Below, piece after piece: positions 13,101-24,437 of a stretch of 64,000 nt of DNA. The position numbers were made by a program, and so were the translations under genes. Source of the DNA: Macrostomum lignano (taxonomy: Eukaryota); NCBI GenBank assembly GCA_002269645.1, contig NIVC01000399.1, positions 1-64,000 on the forward strand, in the 5' to 3' direction. The first letter of the stretch is position 1, and each line of letters begins with the position of its first letter. A model generated the notes under the pieces. The model searched no databases, had not been told where the DNA came from, and saw nothing but the letters and a program-made list of their open reading frames with translations.

Positions 13101-14941
13101 GCCGTATGACACTATAGTTAGGCGCCGTATGACACTATAGTTAGGCGCCATATGACACTCTAAGTGGCGCCACATTACAATCTAGTTAGGCGCCATATGA
13201 CACTATAGTTAGGCGCCATATGACACTATAGTTAGGCGCCATATGACACTATAGTTAGGCGCCAAACTAAACTTCTCCAAAACATTTCATGCCAGACAAA
13301 ACACACTCATTAATTGCTCATTAATTATTAATCACCCCACACATACAGGTGAAGCTGTCCGCCTTGCCCGCGACTTCAACTACTTGTGCGAGACGGAGTT
13401 CCCAGCGAGGGCCTGTGCTGACTACCTGAACAGAGGCGTCAGCCCGGACCCAGTTGAGATGCAGCACCGCAAAAGCTCCATTGTAGCGGCTAAGTAAGTT
13501 TGTAGGCCTTTAACCATTTTTAGTATACGAGATTTTATTTGCTACTTCCAGTAGCTGATACGAATAAGTTGTGGGCTGTAGAACGTTACAAATCAAAGCT
13601 AAAAATATACTTTTTTAAAACTTAAATCCAATCTAATCCATTCTGTTAATCACTTCATCTACAAAATACTTCTCGTGTCGCCCTCTCTCTCCTGTCTCCC
13701 TCTCCTGTCTCCCTCTTTCTCCTGTCTCCCTCTCTCTCCTGTCTCCGCCTCTCTCTCCTCTCTCCCTCTCTCTCCTGTCTCCCTCTCTCTCCTGTCTCCG
13801 CCTCTCTCTCTGTCTCCCTCTTTCTCCTGTCTCCCTCTCTCTCCTGTCTCCCTCTCTCTCTGTCTCCCTCTCTCTCCTGTCTCCCTCTCTCTCTGTCTCC
13901 CTCTCTCTCCTGTCTCCCTCTCTCTCCTGTCTCCCTCTCTCTCCTGTCTCCCTCTGTCTCTGTCTCCCTCTCTCTCCTGTCTCCCTCTCTCTCTGTCTCC
14001 CTCTCTCTCCTGTCTCCCTCTCTCTCCTGTCTCCCTCTCTCTCTGTCTCCCTCTCTCTCCTGTCTCCCTCCCTCTCCTGTCTCCCTCTCTCTCCTGTCTC
14101 CCTCTCTCTCCTGTCTCCCTCTCTCTCCTGTCTCCGCCTCTCTCTCATGTCTCCCTCTTTCTCCTGTCTCCCTCTCTCTCCTGTCTCCCTCTCTCTCCTG
14201 TCTCCCTCTCTCTCCTGTCTCCCTCTCTCTCTGTCTCCCTCTCTCTCCTGTCTCCCTCTCTCTCCTGTCTCCCTCTCTCTCCTGTCTCCGCCTCTCTCTC
14301 ATGTCTCCCTCTTTCTCCTGTCTCCCTCTCTCTCCTGTCTCCCTCTCTCTCTGTCTCCCTCTCCCTCCTGTCTCTCCTCTCAGGGGGCGCTATTCCATTT
14401 GAGGGGACGCCATTCCTTTAAAGGGGTCGCCATTTCATCTCTAAGGGGGCGCCATTCCTTTTAAGGGGCGCCATTCAATTTGAGGGGCGCCATTCCATTT
14501 TAGGGAGCGCCATTCATTTTATGTGGGCGCCATTCAATTTGTGGGGCGCCATTCCATTGGAGGGGCGTCATTCAATCTGAGGGAGTGTTACACATGTAAC
14601 TTTATCTAACGGTTCGCCCCCCCCCCAAAACAAAAATCAGAGGCCTACTCCAAGAGGTCACGGACATGCTCAACAAAGACCGCTCCCCATTGTGCAACAC
14701 GCGGCCAAACGCGGTACTGGACGGCGGCATCCAGCGTCACCTGACTCACTTCAGCCTCATCACTCACGGGTTCGGTGCTCCGGCAATGGTGTCGGCGTTC
14801 ACAGTGGTGCAGAGCATTCTCAGTGAGATGGTGAAGTCGCTGGATAGAGAGATGTCCGGCCTGACGCCCGTTGCCAGCGCGGGAAAAATGGCCGGCTCCG
14901 ATATGCATTCAGGCGGTGGAAAGCATCATGATAAGCAGTGA
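1341..14941 (+). CDS. TFAP2: Transcription factor AP-2, whole gene; exons 1341-1376, 6645-7235, 7318-7372, 9897-10265, 13349-13493, 14641-14941 (498 aa)
   Basis: Spliced translation gives the PY activation motif [11 protein letters not shown], the basic domain [56 protein letters not shown] and the helix-span-helix segments [19 protein letters not shown] and [20 protein letters not shown]. All introns are GT-AG, phases 0,0,1,1,2 are consistent, total 1497 nt ending in TGA. Confidence 0.95.
2075..4666. repeat. 19/20-bp minisatellite (CATCACTCAAACAGAACAA / CAGC variant), about 2.6 kb, AP-2 intron 1
   Basis: Tandem units seen directly. Confidence 0.98.
4748..4783 (+). CDS. Candidate 36-nt AP-2 cassette micro-exon ([12 protein letters not shown])
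   Basis: ttcgcag|GGT...AAG|gtaatt, phase 0-0, no stop; no homology support. Confidence 0.35.
5135..5860. repeat. 15-bp minisatellite (GATCCGCCCCTCCCA), G-rich on the minus strand
   Basis: Tandem units seen directly. Confidence 0.97.
6645..7235 (+). CDS. TFAP2: AP-2 exon 2 (activation domain, poly-Ala, poly-Gln)
   Basis: acgcag|GAC CGT CGC (DRR, cf. vertebrate DRH); PY motif; donor CAG|gttaat. Confidence 0.9.
7081..7191 (+). repeat. Coding CAG/CAA repeat (poly-Gln, about 35 residues interrupted by IH and L)
   Basis: Inside AP-2 exon 2. Confidence 0.9.
7318..7372 (+). CDS. TFAP2: AP-2 exon 3 ([18 protein letters not shown])
   Basis: tttgcag| acceptor, G|gtaagt donor; phase 1 end matches the next exon. 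Confidence 0.85.
7394..8428. repeat. 23-bp minisatellite (GACCCTCGGATCCTGACACTTCT)
   Basis: Starts about 20 nt after the AP-2 exon 3 donor. Confidence 0.97.
9015..9870. repeat. 44-46-bp minisatellite (CTGACACACCTAATCCAACAGTCATTAGCAAACATGAGTCACAT)
   Basis: Ends about 25 nt before the AP-2 exon 4 acceptor. Confidence 0.97.
9897..10265 (+). CDS. TFAP2: AP-2 exon 4 (basic DNA-binding region)
   Basis: Near identity to the AP-2 basic domain; donor GAA G|gtgagt. Confidence 0.97.
10339..10642. repeat. 23-bp minisatellite (TCGGGACGGGATCTCGGGACAAG)
   Basis: Tandem units seen directly. Confidence 0.96.
11365..13263. repeat. 23-bp minisatellite (ATGACACTCTAAGTTGGCGCCAC) with a 569-bp higher-order duplication
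   Basis: The variant block tacgagtatgatactc...gacgatctagttagg recurs at 11762 and 12331. Confidence 0.96.
13349..13493 (+). CDS. TFAP2: AP-2 exon 5 (helix-span)
   Basis: [29 protein letters not shown]; catacag| acceptor and |gtaagt donor. Missed by the ORF track. Confidence 0.95.
13676..14375. repeat. CT-rich minisatellite (CTCTCTCTCCTGTCTCC-type)
   Basis: Tandem units seen directly. Confidence 0.95.
14381..14585. repeat. Degenerate about 20-bp repeat (GAGGGGCGCCATTCCATTT)
   Basis: About 10 degenerate units before the last AP-2 exon. Confidence 0.85.
14641..14941 (+). CDS. TFAP2: AP-2 terminal exon (second helix of the helix-span-helix)
   Basis: K|[45 protein letters not shown]...; stop TGA 14939-14941. 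Confidence 0.95.
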
Positions 14942-15187
14942 CTGATTTGCTAATATTTAACTTGAAGAGTTTCAAGCTTGCAAAGTTTTCTTGAAGTTAA
15001 ATAATTCTTTATTATTGTTTTTCCTGTCGATTTTTGTGCATTATCGAACTAATTCAGCAGTCTTAAATAAGAATTAAACAGGAATTAAAGCACCCTTGTT
15101 TTTGCGTGAAATCTTCAATTTTTGCGAGTTTCGCCCCATATTAACTGCACATATTGAGTGGCTGGTCAAGAGCTGCGCTCTCCTATC

Positions 15188-15932
15188 CTCTTCTAGCGCC
15201 ACCTGACCCTTCTAGCGCCCCCTGATCCATTCTAGCGCCCCCCTGATCCATTCTAGCGCCCCCTGACCCCTTCTAGCGCCCCCTGTTCGCCTTCTAGCGC
15301 CCCCTGATCCCTTCTAGCGCCCCCTGATCCCTTCTAGCGCCCTCTGATCCCATCTAGCGCCCCTGACCCCTTCTAGCGCCCCCCGATCCCTTCTAGCGCC
15401 CCCGATCCCTTCTAGCGCCCCCCGATCCCTTCTAGCGCCCCCTGTTCCCCTTCTAGCGCTTCCTGACCCCTTCTAGCGCCCCCTGATCCATTCTAGCGCC
15501 CCCTGTTCCCCTTTTAGCGCCCCTGATCCTTTCTAGAGCCCCCTGATCCCTTCTAGCGCCCCCCTGTTCCCCTTCTAGCGCCCCCTGATCCCTTCTAGCG
15601 CCCCCTGTTCCCCTTCTAGCGCCCCCTGTCCCCTTCTAGCGCCCCCTGTCCCCTTCTAGCGCCCCAATGAGCCCTTCTAGCGCCCCCTGTCCCCTTCTAG
15701 CGCCCCAATGAGCCCTTCTAGCGCCCCCTGTCCCCTTCTAGCGCCCCAATGAGCCCTTCTAGCGCCCCCTGTCCCCTTCTAGCGCCCCAATGAGCCCTTC
15801 TAGCGCCCCCTGTCCCCTTCTAGCGCCCCAATGAGCCCTTCTAGCGCCCCAATGAGCCCTTCTAGCGCCCCCTGTCCCCTTCTAGCGCCCCAATGAGCCC
15901 TTCTAGCGCCCCAATGAGCCCTTCTAGCGCCT
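15188..15932. repeat. 20-22-bp minisatellite (CCCTTCTAGCGCCCCCTGAT) downstream of the AP-2 stop
   Basis: Tandem units seen directly. Confidence 0.96.
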
Positions 15933-16711
15933 TCCTGGCTGCTTCTCCAAACAGATGCTAATCTGTCTTAATCCACCAAAGTTGCTATTGAATCAGACCT
16001 TCTGGATCTAAATTTAGAAAACGTGTATCAACAATGCCCGGCAGTCTTGACTCTATACTTGTGCTCATTTATGTCGTATTTGTTTTAACGAGCTTCAATA
16101 TCTATAATATGCATGTTTTATTGTCCACCTGATTTCTAAATAATCTCTTAACAGCCATTAACAAAGCCTTTTTGGCTGTGGACGCCCCATAATTAAAATA
16201 TATACTTCTGTCCCAATTTAAATTTTGACATCTATTTTTGACTTATGCCTACTAAAAGTAGACTAATTGAGACGCATTGTATTATAAATGTACAAGAGTA
16301 ATTAGATGAATAAATAATTTTAAATACGCTCGATATCTACTGTTCATCAAATAAACTTGCTAAATTGAGCACAATGATACGCAACTGCACACTAATGCAC
16401 AGACATTTTAAGTATAAGCAAGCGTATATAAATTAATATAATTCACATGTGCTATTGTTAATCGCCACTATATATAATAAAGCTATGTAAGTATAATTTT
16501 TCCTCAACAGTACAATCGGATTAATGCACGAATTATCTAATAATTATTCAACTGGTCCCTCTTGTCTGCGCACCAAAAAATTCAACAATGTGAAAATAAA
16601 AACCCAAAAACGTAAATTTTGTTCGCAATGTTCGAGTAATATTGTCTTGCTAATTATTTTTGACGCGATATTTTTTAATTTTTATAGATTTTTAAAGGCT
16701 CGTATAGCTGC

Positions 16712-17025
16712 GAGGATCTGGGAGGCTGGCCCAGCAACTGAGGATCTGGGAGGCTGGCCTAGCAGCTGGGGATCTGGGAGGCTGGCCCAGCAACTGAGGA
16801 TCTGGGAGGCTGGCCTAGCAGCTGGGGATATGGGAGGCTGGCCCAGCAACTGAGGATCTGGGAGGCTGGCCTAGCAACTGGGGATATGGGAGGCTGACCC
16901 AGAAACTGAGCATCCTGGGAGGCTGGCCCAGCAACGGAGGATCTGGGAGGCTGGCAGCCCAGCAACTGACACTCTGGGAGGCTGCCCAGCAACTGAGCAT
17001 CTGGGAGGCTGGGGGGTGGCCCAGC
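16712..17025. repeat. 28-bp minisatellite (GGATCTGGGAGGCTGGCCCAGCAACTGA)
   Basis: Tandem units seen directly. Confidence 0.93.
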
Positions 17026-17876
17026 AAACAAGTGCATGTATCCATGAGCAAAGATAAAATTTAGTTTTCATCGAAATGAAAAAGCCAAGTAAAAGTTCAA
17101 TAAACTCTTATTTTTGTGCAACAAAGACTCGCAGGAAAACTTTCTCAGACGCATTAATAATTGTTATACAGCTTAGATGAATAATTTACTATACAAGATG
17201 GATATATATAAGTAGTATTAAGTATTATGATATACATTATAATTAGCTGAATAGAAAGCATTTGCCATTTATATAATATAATTATTCTCTTTCTTGTACA
17301 CATTGGAAACGTACATGTAAATGTACAGTAGACTATAAACGCAAGGTGTAAGCAGATCTGATTAAAATTTAAATAAGGAGATATAGATACTTTGGTATTG
17401 TTCACAGTTAATATAATAAGTTGCATAATTACTAATTATATACTCTGTTCTGCAGATATAGGAAAAATACATGAAGGAAAAAATTAGTCTGCTTGCACTT
17501 TATTTACAAATTCTGACATTTACAATAAATCATTTCATCAGGGAAGTTTCTTATAAGTATATGTTAGCATAGTGTAAATTCTAAATTGTTTGATTGTTTG
17601 AACTTAATTGATTGTTAATAACAATACAATACAGTAGTTTAAATTTGATTGCTTTTCCAAATTAACACAAATATTTTCCTTTCTTTCTGCTGTTTTTGTT
17701 ACTATTAGTAACAAGTAAGTAGTATAACAAATTATTGGCGCGAATTTAAAGCAAGCAATCATTTGAATCAACAATCAACGAGAAGAACTCTGAAAAATAG
17801 TACATACAATGTCATTTTAACAGAAAAAAACTGAAACCATTTTCCATGAAAATTGATTAACCAACAACATGTCACA

Positions 17877-18320
<444 letters not shown>

Positions 18321-20794
18321 TTATTTCTTTGAAAAAAATGAAATTGCCTCAGTAGTGAGAGTAGGAGCAAGTAAGTAGTAACTACTGCTACTCTAAATTA
18401 TTTAGCAAAGGAGTGGCGTTGGCGGACGGAACTAGTAAAGAAACTGACAAGCAAACGCAAACAGGAAAGCCCACTAGTAGTGTACAAGCGCGGCGATAAT
18501 GTAACCGCCACCAACGCTAAGAAAAGCTCTCTGACAGACTGATAGCCTCTGAAGATTGCCGCGGACCTTATTTTAAATGAACCGGGACTGGGGGGTAAGG
18601 GTCTAAGGGCAGCTTGGAAAATTTTTCGTCCCTTGCTCCGCCCGAGTCAGCTGATACTTAATGCAAGTTCTAAATGTACATTCCTCCTCCAGTGGATGTA
18701 CACGCTGAGGGGTGTTGGGGCTGATAGTGAAGCTAGGTTGTACACTGGGTTTATTGATCGCTTCGTCTCTAGTTTAGTCGTTGGCCTTAGCTGCATTGGG
18801 TTTAAATTGCTCTGTATACCCAGCCCAGGGTTCCATGGAAATCTATCTCTGTGTATGCGCCTCTAAATTTAGCAAACTGAATCACCCTGTCCCCCCGTGC
18901 TGCTGTACATTGCCTCACTGTCCAATAAGGTTGGAACAACGAATAGCTGTCGTGGGTCTTGTGTACTCACTGGCCATTACTGCTTCCTTTCCACTTTCCT
19001 AACACGGATTAAGCGCACTGCTTGGCCTTAGAAACAGCTGACAGCTTTTTGTAGTTTTTTTACATATGGCAAAGCCGCATGCATGCAAGACTTTGTCACG
19101 CCTATATGTGAAACAATGTATGAGTTAAATTAACCTAGCATTATTTGGATGAGTAATGCAATAGTCATGGTTGAGAACTATTCTCAATGTTGCTTACAGC
19201 TCAGTTACTTCTTTGTTGTGTAGCAAAACTGCATTGCATCCCATTCCCATTGCGATAAACAGAAAGCATCCATTTCACTGGACTGAGAGTGAACTGAAAG
19301 CGTGTGAATAATTATCAGAATCGGAGCAGCTAATTAAGTCAAACAATAATTATCAATCGTAGTCGTAGGTTTATCGTATTAAATTTACTGGGTACGAAGA
19401 AAGGTCACGCGTTATTTATCATAGTATTTAGTGGGTTTAGTCGAGCTTGGCAACCTCGCATTGATCGTCTATACCGGATGCTTGGTTTTATATTAAAGGA
19501 TAAGCATGTGTTTTTGCTAACGTTGAGGATACCATGTTTTAGATCTTAGATCTGTCCGTCTTAGCTTGAGTTTCATTTTCAGCAATATAACTCGGCAACA
19601 TTTAAATATAACCTATAGTAGTGGTCCAGCTCAAAAGAAACCTCACACCATATTCTGCATGACTGCAGTGTATACAGCGTACTTGATAGTAGTACAGAAT
19701 AACAGATAACATACATGTACGTACGTCGTTCTGCTTTAATAGCAGGCAGCATTTACGTACATGTACATATTTAGTTAAGTACTACGAAAGAACAGTAGAA
19801 CTTGACTATATTCACTATTTAGTCTGCGCCTATTTTATAGATTTTTCGTTTCTGAGGGGCCGCTTCTATACGAGCTGTGCCTTCTATTCTACGACGTATA
19901 TTACGAGTGCACAGCTATTTGCCTCTGCTAGCAAAAATAAAATGGCAGTGCAGTGTGCGCGAAAATGGTGGGTAGACAGACGGTGCAGTTACAGTACAGC
20001 TATTTACAGTAGAAGCGCGTGCCCATATGACGTCAATGCAGAAAATGTACTCATTTCCATCTGCAGTTTTTGTAACGGCGTCAAGTCCTATTTATAATTT
20101 TATAGTATAGGTGAATATATCCGTGCTACACCAAACTAATGCTGATACACTCAGCAGCAACATTTCCAACTTGAAATCAGAGATCAACATTTTCAGATTT
20201 CAGCACCAAGTGACGCAATTCACATCACGCTTTCAGTGCGGTTCTCCTGTCAACTGTGGGTGGATGCAGTTTGTGTCACAATTAGTCCCTAGCTTAGGCT
20301 GCAGGTGAGGAGAGAGGGGGGAGTTATGGGCGTATATGGCTGAGTTGGATTAAAGCTGCCACTTGTTTACCACGGGGACTGTAAAAGGATGCTGAATGTA
20401 CTTCCAAACGCGCTGCCTACTTCCTTGTTCTGTCTGAAATGCGACAACAATCGTGTACGTTAAGAGACTGTGTTAGTCAGGATACACTTGGGGTTGAAAA
20501 CTTTGGCGTAGATTTGTTATATTAATATTGCTATCGAAAAGCGTACACTTTGCTAGAAATTGAGGTCACATCTTTTAATATTCTATACTAGCTCGTACTC
20601 TAGTGAAACTAATACGCAACGAACAAAAATAGAACGACGAGTAGATTTTCTAGTATCTATGTTAAATTATTCAAAAGATACAAAAATGCGTAATAATACA
20701 CAACGAAATGCTATGTAGTAAAGATCACATTTGAAACGAAATGAAAAAGCATTGTAAACACCAATATCGGTGATTGGATAAGTGCAGTAGTGAG

Positions 20795-21450
20795 TGCAGT
20801 ATCGGTGAGTGCAGTAGTGGACAAGAGACGTGGTGAATGGACAAGAGATGTGGTGAGTGGACAAGAAATGTGGGTGAGTGGACAAGAGATGTGGTGAGTG
20901 GACAAGAGATGTGGTGAGTGGACAAGAGATATCGGTGAGTGGACAAGAGATTTCGGTTGGTGGACAAGAGCTATCGGTGGATGGGTGGACAAGAGCTATC
21001 GGTGGATGGGTGGACAAGAGATATCGGTGGATGGACAATATATGTGTATGTGAGTGGACAAGAGATGTGGTGAGTGGACAAGAGATATCGGTGGGTGGAC
21101 AAGAGCTATCGGTGGATGGGTGGACAATAGATATCGGTGGATGGACAATATATGTGTATGTGAGTGGACAAGAGATGTGGTGAGTGGACAAGAGATATCG
21201 GTGGGTGGACAAGAGCTATCGGTGGATGGGTGGACAAGAGATATCGGTGGATGGACAATATATGTGTATGTGAGTGGACAAGAGATGTGGTGAGTGGACA
21301 AGAGATATCGGTGGGTGGACAAGAGATATCGGTGGATGGACAAGAGATATCGGTGGGTGGACAAGAGCTATCGGTGGGTGGACAAGAGATATCGGTGGAT
21401 GGACAATATATGTGTATGTGAGTGGACAAGAGATGTAGGTGAGTGGACAA
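20795..21450. repeat. Compound minisatellite built on GTGGACAAGAGAT with larger repeated blocks
   Basis: Tandem units seen directly. Confidence 0.93.
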
Positions 21451-22364
21451 GAAGCATACTAGAGGAAAATCTTTCGATACTAGAGGAAAGCTTTCGATTC
21501 GCTTGAGTCGATAAATGAAAAAAGCGTTATTCTCTTACTTTTTACTTTAAGTAATATGCATAAAATATATATATATATATATATATATAAGTGTAAGTAG
21601 TTTGGATTTCGTAGCATGCATTTAGAAATCGAAAAAAATCTACATGTATGCTAACCCAAATATTTATGTACTGTCATGTCTAGTCTCCTAAACAGGACAG
21701 CATCTCAAGCTGATCTCACACGATCTACAGTCGAAATAACTTTTAATTGCCTAAAAAGCCTTCGGGCTCAGGCCACAGTGCAGCAGTATGAACCGAGCTC
21801 ACAGCTGCATTTATATTTTTATATAACGTGCAGCTTTGAGAAAGCTGACATCCAGCTCAATTCTGATTGGCTGATAAATTCTATTATCTTGTTTATCAAA
21901 CTACTGCATTTAGGTTTTCAGTGTTCTGCAAGCTCAAACTGTATAAGACGTTAATTCGATCGTCTGCTGTTCGATCTGCATACGGGGGATATAAAAAAAT
22001 TTCCCAGGACCCCCCAGACCACCGATTCAACTGAAAAAAGTAACAACAACGAAAAGCTGTTCTATAGAAATGACCGATCGTAATGAAGCATGCGACGAAG
22101 CTCACGAAGGAGTTTCAAAGATGGCTACGACAGTTGATTGTTGCAGTTCTAGCAGTTACCAGCTCGGTGAGTTGATTTTGAGATGAGCATGAATTTTGGA
22201 GTTCTACATAGATGTAAATTCAAAGTATTTTGTCTGTCTGTTTTTCTGCGCCTGTTTCTCTGTGTCTGTCTGTCTGCCTGCCTGTTTGCCTCAGTGGCGT
22301 ACGTATGAGTTCTAATTGGATTTAGTTTGTCGTGCCGCAACCCTAAGGGGCGCTAATGTTTGGT

Positions 22365-23060
22365 TTCTTGGTGGGCGCCCCTGTCTTATGGTGGGCATCC
22401 ACTGTCTCTTGGTTGGCGCCCCTGTCTCTTGGTGGGCGCCCCTGTTTCTTGGGTTGGCGCCCCGTCTCTTGGTGGGCGCCCCTGTTTCTTGGGTTGGCGC
22501 CCCCTGTCTCTTGGTGGGCGCCCCTGTTTCTTGGGTTGGCGCCCCTGTCTGTTGGGTTGGCGCCCCTGTCTCATGGTTGGGCGCCCCTGTCTCTTGGTGG
22601 GCGCCCCCTATCTCTTGGTGAGCGCCCCTGTCTCTTGGTTGGGGTCCCTGTCTCTTGTTGGGCGCCATTCTCTTGGGGGCACCCCCTGTCTCATGGTGGG
22701 TGCCCTGTCTCATGGTTGGGCGCCCGTGTCTCTTGGTTGGTGCCTCGATCTGTCTCTTGTTGGGCGCCACTGTCTTTTAGTGGGCGCCCACTGTCTCTTG
22801 GTTGGCGCCCCCTGTCTCTTGGTGGGCGCCCCCTATCTCTTAGTGAGCGCCCCTGTCTCATGGTGGGCGCCCCTGTCTCTTGGTTGGGGTCCCTGTCTCT
22901 TGTTGGGCGCCATTGTCTCTTGGTTGGTGCCTCGATCTGTCTCTTGTTGGGCGCCCCTGTCTCTTGGTGGGCGCCACTGTCTCTTGGTTGGCGCCCCTGT
23001 CTCATAGTTGGCGCCCCTGTCTCATAGTGGGCGCACCTGTCTCATAGTGGGCGCCTCTAT
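22365..23060. repeat. 21-bp minisatellite (GGCGCCCCTGTCTCTTGGTTG)
   Basis: Tandem units seen directly. Confidence 0.95.
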
Positions 23061-23743
23061 CTTGGTTGGTATTTTGTGTAGATTTTTTAGCAGCTCACGA
23101 AATTCAACGCTCAAGGTACAGTTGTGCTTTCTAAACAAAGATTTGCTTCTTTGTGCAGCGCTGAATGGGTCTTGAATGCGTAAGTCCGGAAGGTGAGATC
23201 GAGTATTAATTACTGAAAACTTCCAGCGAAATTTTCGTGCACATTTCTTCGTCTTTCTCCATGATGGTTATGTTATGTCCCATGATGGTAACGATGGCAA
23301 TGTGCGGCTAACGTGCGCCAAATCGCATGCAATTCCCAAAATGTTTCATTTAGCTAAAACGTAAATTTCTGGTTAATTTGAACAAACTTGAACGCACAGC
23401 GCACGAACAGGACCGCGCGCATTGATGCACATATATTCATGTATTAGCATAGCATATAGAGTCAAATTACACGTAATAATATCTACTATTTCAATTTACA
23501 AGTAATATTGACTAATCTAGATAGAATTTTCGACGCGTGGATATGTAAGTAAGCTATAGCTATACCGCGGTTTCACACTTCAGTACATGCAAATGTAATA
23601 ACACATAATCATATCGATATCTAGCACTGTTATTCCTGATAGCAAATCTTCGGCATAAGAGTACCAAGGACTACTCAAGCAGAAAGACAGGAAACTACTT
23701 TTCTTGGAACATTTCAGGAGGCAGGTTTTACCGTAACAATACC

Positions 23744-23924
23744 GCATTATGGAGATAGGAGGTTTTCAGTTTTTTCAACACAAAAATTATTATTGCTTTT
23801 GATAGGAGAGACCCAAAAGAAAGGCAAGACATACTAAAACATTATCGCTGGGTCTCCCTCCTATCATGCAAAAGCTATTACAATTTTTGTGCTGAAAAAA
23901 TTAGGCCTCTTATTTCTATAATGC
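23744..23924. repeat. Imperfect inverted repeat (about 75-bp arms, 33-nt loop), MITE-like or hairpin
   Basis: GCATTATGGAGATAGGAGG...CACAAAAATT...GATAGGAGAGACCCA at 23744-23815 pairs with TGGGTCTCCCTCCTATC...AATTTTTGTG...CTATAATGC at 23849-23924. Confidence 0.7.
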
Positions 23925-24074
23925 ACTTGAGTATAGTCCTTGAAAATACTTCATAGATTCAGGGTTTACGAATAGCCTCTGCATGCCCCAGCTGATACCG
24001 TCAGTTGAGACTGAACCGAGTGTCGTTATTCACACCTGATGCTTAATCAGGCCGGTACACATGTACTTACATTT

Positions 24075-24335
24075 AGCACAATCTAAACAATCTACCATTG
24101 TTCAACTCAGCCATGCACAATCTAAACAATCTACCATTGTTCAACTCAGCCATGCACAATCTAAACAATCTACCATTGTTCAACTCAGCCATGCACAATC
24201 TAAACAATCTACCATTGTTCAACTCAGCCATGCACAATCTAAACAATCTACCATTGTTCAACTCAGCCATGCACAATCTAAACAATCTACCATTGTTCAA
24301 CTCAGCCATGCACAATCTAAACAAGCTACCATTGT
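24075..24335. repeat. Near-perfect 39-bp tandem repeat (GCACAATCTAAACAATCTACCATTGTTCAACTCAGCCAT), about 6.5 copies
   Basis: Tandem units seen directly. Confidence 0.97.
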
Positions 24336-24437
24336 TCTGGTAATTCTGGTAATTCAACCGAATTTCACAAACAAAACGCAGATCGCAACTGCAATCAACC
24401 GACTTCGCTACTACCGGCAAGTAGTCAGCTAAGGGCC

